Positions 58,089 through 64,000 of a stretch of DNA of 64,000 nt are shown piece after piece. The DNA lies in the IMG/VR virus record IMGVR_UViG_3300042308_001511, positions 62,001 to 126,000 of that record, one strand, 5' to 3'. The translations under genes and the position numbers were made by a program. How positions within the stretch are numbered: the first letter of the stretch is position 1; every line of letters begins with the position of its first letter. Below the pieces are notes generated by a model. The model was not told the origin of the DNA. It saw only the letters and a list, made by a program, of their open reading frames with translations, and searched no databases.

Positions 58089-58384
58089 GAAAGATGAAAA
58101 GATACGATGACTTCAAAAGTCCAGAGAACGAAACTCCATACTTAACAAAGGAGGAGTTAGCTAATGTAAAGTGGACAAAATACGTTATTGTGGTTCCTAC
58201 CGAGGAAGACCGTGAAGAGTTGATGGATGCGTTTGAACACATACACCACTCTGACATAGATACAGACAACGTCGCAGTGAATCAATTAGCACACGAATAT
58301 CTTAACGAAGATAGACAACCAGGAACATACAACAACATAGTTGTGGATTCTGATGCATATGAAAAACTAAGAGTGAAGAGATGA
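58085..58384 (+). CDS. hypothetical protein
   Basis: Starts MRKMKRYDDF; ATGA overlap. Confidence 0.6.
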   Translation: MRKMKRYDDFKSPENETPYLTKEELANVKWTKYVIVVPTEEDREELMDAFEHIHHSDIDTDNVAVNQLAHEYLNEDRQPGTYNNIVVDSDAYEKLRVKR

Positions 58385-58638
58385 TACACACGTCAATCCC
58401 CAACTTGAAGCCGTCTAATACATTCGTGTTTTCTGTCGGCAACATACCTGCCAAAAGGAAGAAGTGGTGGCAGTTCTGGAGGAAGAAAGGAGACTCAGCA
58501 GAGGAGCAGATGGAGAAGCTTGTAAAATCGTACTCGGCCTTCAACTTTAACCGATATCTCCGTAAGGCGAAGGCGTGCGAGCTCTGGGGCATACACAGAC
58601 CTGACTGGGAGAAAGAACTCTGGTTTCCAAATAAATAG
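58381..58638 (+). CDS. hypothetical protein
   Basis: [12 protein letters not shown] motif. Confidence 0.55.
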   Translation: MIHTSIPNLKPSNTFVFSVGNIPAKRKKWWQFWRKKGDSAEEQMEKLVKSYSAFNFNRYLRKAKACELWGIHRPDWEKELWFPNK

Positions 58639-58658
58639 AAAAAAATTCACATAAAGAA

Positions 58659-59705
58659 ATGAGTAAGGACTATTACAGCACACTCGGCGTAAATAAAGGC
58701 GCCACAGAAGAAGAAATAAAGAAAGCTTACAGAAAACTTTCTAAGAAATATCACCCGGATATAAATAAAGATGCCGGTGCAGAAGATAAATTTAAAGAGG
58801 TCTCCGAAGCGTATGAGACACTCTCAGATTCTGGTAAGAGGTCAAACTATGACCGTTTCGGAACCGCAGATCCACGAGGTGGTGGTAACCCGTTTGGTGG
58901 TGGCCATGGATTCAATATGGATGATATCTTCTCTCAGTTCGGGGATATGTTTGGTGGAGGTTCTTTCGGTGGTAGACAGATGAGGAAGAAAGGCTCTGAT
59001 TTAAGAATAAAGGTTGTTCTGAACATAGATGAAATTCTGAACGGATGTACTAAAACATTGAAATATAAAAAGAAAACATCGTGTAGTTCTTGTAATGGAC
59101 AAGGTGGTCATGATGTTAGAACATGTCTAACGTGTAATGGTGCAGGTCAAAGAATTGTTCTACAAAATACTCCATTTGGACAAATTAGGACACAATCAAC
59201 CTGTCCGGATTGTAGTGGTTCTGGTCAACAAATAAGTAGAAAGTGTGGATATTGTCATGGTGAGGGTACAACACTGATTGATAGTACTGTAAATGTGGAT
59301 ATACCTGCAGGTGTGGCAGAAGGTGCACAAATGGGACTACAGGGTTATGGTAACGAGATTAGTGGTGGAATTTCGGGTGACCTTTATATAACTATTGAGG
59401 AAAAACCGGATTCTAGCTATCGTAGAGAAGGAAACAATATAATTGTTGATAAAGAAATTTCAATTGTTGATGCGATATGTGGAGCTAGTGTTAATGTAAG
59501 TACACCTCGTGGAGATTTGAATATAAATATATCTGCAGGTACCGATCATGGACACCTAATAAGGATGAGTGGGAAGGGAATTCCTGATATGAACAGAGGT
59601 TTAGGTGACCTTTACGTTAAGATATTGGTGAAAATACCTAAGAACGTATCTCTCGATGAGAGACATGCGATTGAGAAACTCAGAGAGATGAATTGTTTCA
59701 AATAA
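58659..59705 (+). CDS. dnaJ: class A J-domain chaperone DnaJ
   Basis: HPD motif, G/F region, four CxxCxGxG repeats, C-terminal domain. Confidence 0.96.
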   Translation: MSKDYYSTLGVNKGATEEEIKKAYRKLSKKYHPDINKDAGAEDKFKEVSEAYETLSDSGKRSNYDRFGTADPRGGGNPFGGGHGFNMDDIFSQFGDMFGGGSFGGRQMRKKGSDLRIKVVLNIDEILNGCTKTLKYKKKTSCSSCNGQGGHDVRTCLTCNGAGQRIVLQNTPFGQIRTQSTCPDCSGSGQQISRKCGYCHGEGTTLIDSTVNVDIPAGVAEGAQMGLQGYGNEISGGISGDLYITIEEKPDSSYRREGNNIIVDKEISIVDAICGASVNVSTPRGDLNINISAGTDHGHLIRMSGKGIPDMNRGLGDLYVKILVKIPKNVSLDERHAIEKLREMNCFK

Positions 59706-59734
59706 AAAATGCCGTGTAATACACGGCATTTTTT
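59704..59734. terminator. bidirectional intrinsic terminator
   Basis: AAAAATGCCGTGT-aat-ACACGGCATTTTT. Confidence 0.88.
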
Positions 59735-59737
59735 ATA

Positions 59738-59908
59738 TCAATATTGTAATTTATGTTTTTCTTTTCTGGTATAAGTCTTTGTAGATTTATGCACACGGTG
59801 ATGACATTGGCGAAGTCCTGATGCGATTTCCAAATCTCTGGATACAGAACGTTCTATTCTAAGAACTTCTTCTTGTGCTATACTCATTATGTGTCTTTCC
59901 TTTCTCAT
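59738..59908 (-). CDS. small basic protein
   Basis: TATATTAG-N4-ATG; HRVHKS.K.Y.RK.KHK. Confidence 0.6.
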   Translation of the reverse strand: MRKERHIMSIAQEEVLRIERSVSRDLEIASGLRQCHHRVHKSTKTYTRKEKHKLQY

Positions 59909-59933
59909 ACTGCTAATATAAGTAAAAAAAAAA

Positions 59934-62900
59934 TTAACGACCATACTTAATCCTATCAAACTCGAAGTTTTCTTTTACTTCATTCGTAGTTAGTGCTGTG
60001 TTATAGAACCTACAAATTGATATAAAACCACCAAAAACACGTTTATAAACACTTGATTGTCCTATCAGTATTTTAGATCCTATGGGTACAGCTAAGGATG
60101 TTGCAGTACCATCAATCGTCAAATTTGTGTATAATGTACCATTTATGTAAAAATTAAAAGAGTTTATACTATTGATTACAACACAGATATGATACCACTG
60201 ACCCTTCTGTATAATATAATTGGTTGTGTTAATAGATTTACGATTACCAGAGCTACTACCAACATTATCTCCCAAATTCACAACTACTTTATACGTGTCT
60301 GTGTCGTTTGGGTTTCTAATAATAACCATATCTATTCCTGAATAATTAGAATTCAATGTAGTTGATACACCCACTGCAAGAATACCTCTTGATGTATTTA
60401 CACTCGCGGTTCCAAATGATGGATTGAACCAAGATTCTATTGTATATGGATATGAATTAGAAACATTTGTAGTTGTAGATGTACCAAAATCTATGTAAGA
60501 GTCTGCATTAAAGTTTGTAGTCGACATAGTACCATTGAAAAGAATTGCATTACTACTGAACGTAACACCTGATAATAAAGTTCCGGATGTATTGTTTATT
60601 AGGTTATATCCAACAGTACCAGTACCTTTATAAGACAATTTATTATTTGTGTTAAAGTGGAAGATTAAGTTTCGAGTTGTTACACCACTATATGTAGACC
60701 ATATGTTGGATCCTGGCGTATTCTCCCAACTCAAATCTGGATCATCCCAAGGGTTTGGTTTGTTCCACGTTTGAATGTTAGATAATTGTGCAACCTGTCT
60801 GAAAGCTCTTACTTTGTAACTTGTCGACATTGAAGTCCTTATTTGTGTTCCAGTACTACCAGATGAATCTATATTGAATGCGTATGCATAATAACTGAAA
60901 TCACCATTAGTATTAGTAGAAGACCAATATGTACCAGAAAATGCTTTACCTAATACGTAACCAGTCGATGATAGTGAGTTGTATGCCTGTGAGAGTTCAA
61001 ATAATGCGGGTAAGTACCAGTCTGTGAATCCACCACCTGTATAGTCATCACATAATTTGGCAGCAGATGTTGTATGATTGGGTCTTGAAATTATGTTTTG
61101 ACTATTAGTTGCACCGTTATAATCGTTAGTTAAACCTGTTGGCATATCGTTACTAATTGATATACTAACCGGATAGAATCCAAATAAACCAGAGCTAACA
61201 ATTGATGTGTTAACACGGTTGAAAAATCCACCGACCATTACAGATCCATTTGTATGTGTTGCAAGCACTCTACAATATGCAAAGGCTGACGGATTCCAAG
61301 AAATTGTAGGCATCGATGTATCTCTTGTACCTGTAGACTGAAGAACTGCTAAACCGGTAGCAGATGAACCATTACATAAAGTAAAAACACCTGCTATAAT
61401 TATTCTTCCACTATAAACTAAAACAGAATTAACAGTATCATTCGTCGATGCTGAAAATGTGGTATCATTCGCACCCGTTGTTGTTAGACGGGCAATGTAA
61501 CTTGCTGGCGAACTGAACCTACCACCAATTATTATCTTACCATCGGTCTGTATTGATATTGATCGAACTGCGCAAGATGGGTCACTACCAAAAGAAACAC
61601 TTCCTGTGAATGTGCCGTCTAATGTACCATTACTATTAAGACGTAAAATTCTATTCTTACTCGTACCATTGAAAGATATGAATTCACCACCTAAAATTAT
61701 TTTATTATCAGATTGAACTGCAATTGTATTTACCACAGTAGGACTTGCTCCAGTACCTAGGTTATTTGTAAATGTAGAATTTCTTGTTCCATCAAAGTTT
61801 AACTTGATTATACCAGGTGCTAAAGACGAAGCACTATTATATGTATATTGACTTAATGAGCCACCGACCAGTATGCCATCAGATATTATTTGTATATCAA
61901 ATACACTACCACTAGGTACCCCGAAGTTAGCACCAGAACTATTTCCAGCCCAAAAACTAGTATCAATTGATCCATCCGCGTTCAACCTTATTATTTTGTT
62001 AGCTGGTATGGCAGTGCCTCCTGGTGTTGCATAATAATTAGAAAATGCACCACCGACCAATATCTTACCGTCATCCTGTAACTCTATACTATATGCCACA
62101 TCATCGAATCCACATGTAAAAGTAGTATCTAAACTACCATCACTATTTAACCTTGCAAACCTACTTCTACTTACATCTTTATAAGTGGTAAAATTACCAC
62201 TTATAAGTACTTTACCGTCAGTTTGTGCTTTAATAGTTTCTACACTAATAGATGAAACATTCCAATTTGAAGAAGAAGTGTCGAAAATTGTATTAATTGA
62301 ACCAGCAGTGTTTGATGTGTCACTCGAAAGGTTACTCCATACTGATCCGGCACTTATATCCACCGTCGACATTATTAGGTACCTATTTACGTTTGATGGG
62401 TATTTCCATTTCGAAACTATAATCCCACCACCAAAGATGTCACCCACATTCAAATCATTGTCAGATTTATTGAAAAGATATCTTTTATCAACCCAGGATG
62501 TGTTTCCACTTGAATCCGTCCTCAAAATTTTATCATTTCGTTTACCCGTTATATTGAGTGAAAGATTTTGTGATACTGATAGTGATAAAGGGTCAATAGT
62601 GTGTGTATTGGTGATACCTATATCAAACTTTCTCTTTTGTGAGTTGTAATTCTTCAATATCTCATCCGCAGTAAGCGAACGGTTATAAATTCTAAATACT
62701 GCCAAATCCATTGGATTTAGGTAATTTGTATTAAGACGATGTGTACCTATCCTACCATTACCCGAATTGAAGATTCTTTTTGTTGGATCTTCTGTACCTA
62801 ATTGTTGACTTAGAGTTTGTTCTTGTCCATCAATATATATTTTGTTGTTTGTATAAGAAACGTCAGTTCTCATCTCAAAAACATAATGTGCCCACCTGTC

Positions 62901-64000
62901 GAATAAACCGAGTGTTGTGACCTGTGTCGCAGAAATTCCGTAACTATCAGTATTGTTAGTATTGTAACCCAATGTTCCACTTAGTAGATATACAGTATAT
63001 CCATTCCAACCAAAGATCATTTTACCCGTTGATCCTGGTTTAAGTCTGGCCCATATCTCAACGGTTAGTGTGTTTGTTGTACCGATAGGTGCAGAAAAAT
63101 CAATGTACTGGTTTCCAAAAAAAGAAAGATAACCATCATTTTCGGTTGAGTATGTAAGACCTACTGCGTTAGTAGACTGAAACTGAAATGCATATGATGA
63201 TGTTGCTCCAGCATTCACGACATCTCCAACTTTATTACTTCTAATTAAGTCGTTATAAGATTTCTTATTTGACATATCTATTGAGAAGACTAGACCATTA
63301 CCAACCAATTTACTCTCCATCCTAACATATCTAACACGTGCTGTAGTAGTCTTCACTGTATTCTCAAAGAATCCAGTTGTTAAGTTTAGTAACCAAGCGT
63401 TTGATGCTGATATCTCAGTAGATGTCCAATACTTTGCATTGGCTCCGGTCTGTCTTGATCCAACTTTGAAGTTGTCTTCACCAAGAACACGATTTATAAT
63501 ACCTGCGGATTGATAGATTGATTTCATCTCGTTTAAAGATGGTAGATACCAATCTCCATATCCGTTTAAAAGTGTTTCACTATACCCACCATCCGCAGCT
63601 TTTGTGGACCACCTTCCTGATGTACGTGCAATTACGAAAGTTAAAAAACCAAGGTTGTTCACATTCGAATTCACATTGGTGGTTATTAGATTCGTATTAG
63701 ACTTTCCGTTATACAAACTAGTTGCTCCTGCTAAAGACGTATCATTAAAACTCCATTTAGGATTATTATCAAACGCATCATCTGGTACAGTTCCGTCAGC
63801 ACTATATGGTATCTGTACGTCTGTTAGACTGGCAATCAAAACTTTTTCGTCTTGTCCCTCATACCATATATCAACAACTATTCCACCACCATAAAGTTCG
63901 CCAATATATCTACCCGTTTTGAAAAGTGTTTTCGGGTCGGTCCATCTAACTAAACCATTTGATCCGGAAGTAAGTATTCTTCCCGCGGCCTCATTGCCGT
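59934..64000 (-). CDS. tail fibre/receptor-binding protein: two Lcl(DUF1566)-like domains, two LamG domains, delta-60 beta-propeller repeats; 5' end outside the window
   Basis: Frame stays open to 64000 (…RYIGELYGGGIVV…); DWYLP..E / YWxST / VR..R twice; QxDGKIxxGGxF...RLNxDGSLDxTF repeats; LamG YNRxLT..E..N. Confidence 0.85.
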   Translation of the reverse strand, partial: GNEAAGRILTSGSNGLVRWTDPKTLFKTGRYIGELYGGGIVVDIWYEGQDEKVLIASLTDVQIPYSADGTVPDDAFDNNPKWSFNDTSLAGATSLYNGKSNTNLITTNVNSNVNNLGFLTFVIARTSGRWSTKAADGGYSETLLNGYGDWYLPSLNEMKSIYQSAGIINRVLGEDNFKVGSRQTGANAKYWTSTEISASNAWLLNLTTGFFENTVKTTTARVRYVRMESKLVGNGLVFSIDMSNKKSYNDLIRSNKVGDVVNAGATSSYAFQFQSTNAVGLTYSTENDGYLSFFGNQYIDFSAPIGTTNTLTVEIWARLKPGSTGKMIFGWNGYTVYLLSGTLGYNTNNTDSYGISATQVTTLGLFDRWAHYVFEMRTDVSYTNNKIYIDGQEQTLSQQLGTEDPTKRIFNSGNGRIGTHRLNTNYLNPMDLAVFRIYNRSLTADEILKNYNSQKRKFDIGITNTHTIDPLSLSVSQNLSLNITGKRNDKILRTDSSGNTSWVDKRYLFNKSDNDLNVGDIFGGGIIVSKWKYPSNVNRYLIMSTVDISAGSVWSNLSSDTSNTAGSINTIFDTSSSNWNVSSISVETIKAQTDGKVLISGNFTTYKDVSRSRFARLNSDGSLDTTFTCGFDDVAYSIELQDDGKILVGGAFSNYYATPGGTAIPANKIIRLNADGSIDTSFWAGNSSGANFGVPSGSVFDIQIISDGILVGGSLSQYTYNSASSLAPGIIKLNFDGTRNSTFTNNLGTGASPTVVNTIAVQSDNKIILGGEFISFNGTSKNRILRLNSNGTLDGTFTGSVSFGSDPSCAVRSISIQTDGKIIIGGRFSSPASYIARLTTTGANDTTFSASTNDTVNSVLVYSGRIIIAGVFTLCNGSSATGLAVLQSTGTRDTSMPTISWNPSAFAYCRVLATHTNGSVMVGGFFNRVNTSIVSSGLFGFYPVSISISNDMPTGLTNDYNGATNSQNIISRPNHTTSAAKLCDDYTGGGFTDWYLPALFELSQAYNSLSSTGYVLGKAFSGTYWSSTNTNGDFSYYAYAFNIDSSGSTGTQIRTSMSTSYKVRAFRQVAQLSNIQTWNKPNPWDDPDLSWENTPGSNIWSTYSGVTTRNLIFHFNTNNKLSYKGTGTVGYNLINNTSGTLLSGVTFSSNAILFNGTMSTTNFNADSYIDFGTSTTTNVSNSYPYTIESWFNPSFGTASVNTSRGILAVGVSTTLNSNYSGIDMVIIRNPNDTDTYKVVVNLGDNVGSSSGNRKSINTTNYIIQKGQWYHICVVINSINSFNFYINGTLYTNLTIDGTATSLAVPIGSKILIGQSSVYKRVFGGFISICRFYNTALTTNEVKENFEFDRIKYGR

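Noticed and set aside
1-64000. Alternative genetic code (TAG or TGA recoding, as in some large phages)
   Set aside because: Conserved genes are full length in the standard code and all three stop codons end genes normally
59934-64000. Diversity-generating retroelement targeting the Lcl domains
   Set aside because: No reverse transcriptase or adenine-variant template repeat seen in the window; the two Lcl copies are too divergent
1-64000. CRISPR array, integrase, transposase, intron or intein
   Set aside because: No regularly spaced repeats; uvsX, thyA, clpC and dnaJ are uninterrupted
1-64000. Eukaryotic giant virus origin (NEIL1-like gene, many GTs)
   Set aside because: Operons, intrinsic terminators, amidase, GrpE, ClpC, UvsX and gp32 indicate a bacteriophage

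Overview
AT-rich, gene-dense segment of a large (jumbo/huge) dsDNA myophage with T4-superfamily-like core genes: a UvsX/RecA recombinase, a gp32-like SSB, gp14-like neck and gp3-like tail proteins, Rnl1 and LamG/Lcl tail fibres. It is translated with the standard code. The host is probably Bacteroidota, judged from repeated TAnnTT(T/A/C)G -7 promoter boxes, the lack of Shine-Dalgarno sequences and a Bacteroidota-style ClpC. Cargo includes DNA repair and modification genes (a glycosylase strikingly like eukaryotic NEIL1, a minimal ligase, two DNA MTases, ThyA), RNA repair genes (two RNA ligases, kinase, phosphatases), chaperones (ClpC lacking its N-domain, GrpE, DnaJ), host-physiology genes (MgtC, CYTH, PspC, Pth2-like, YqeY) and about seven glycosyltransferases plus two FkbM domains, one GT being TibC-type heptosyltransferase-like. 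Sequence patterns read directly: (1) an N-terminal M-[KR]-x-[IL]-x-x-F-x-[ED] motif on about 12 unrelated proteins, resembling the T4 capsid-targeting signal; (2) a separate C-terminal R-[NDE]-x-x-[IL]-x-x-[IL] motif on about 10 other unrelated proteins; (3) three promoter-like motif classes, often exactly 4 nt upstream of the ATG, suggesting leaderless mRNAs; (4) a tRNA-like RNA with an aberrant anticodon arm; (5) several small ORFs missed by the ORF track, one carrying PolB motif A. All functional calls come from motif recognition by eye; no database search was run.
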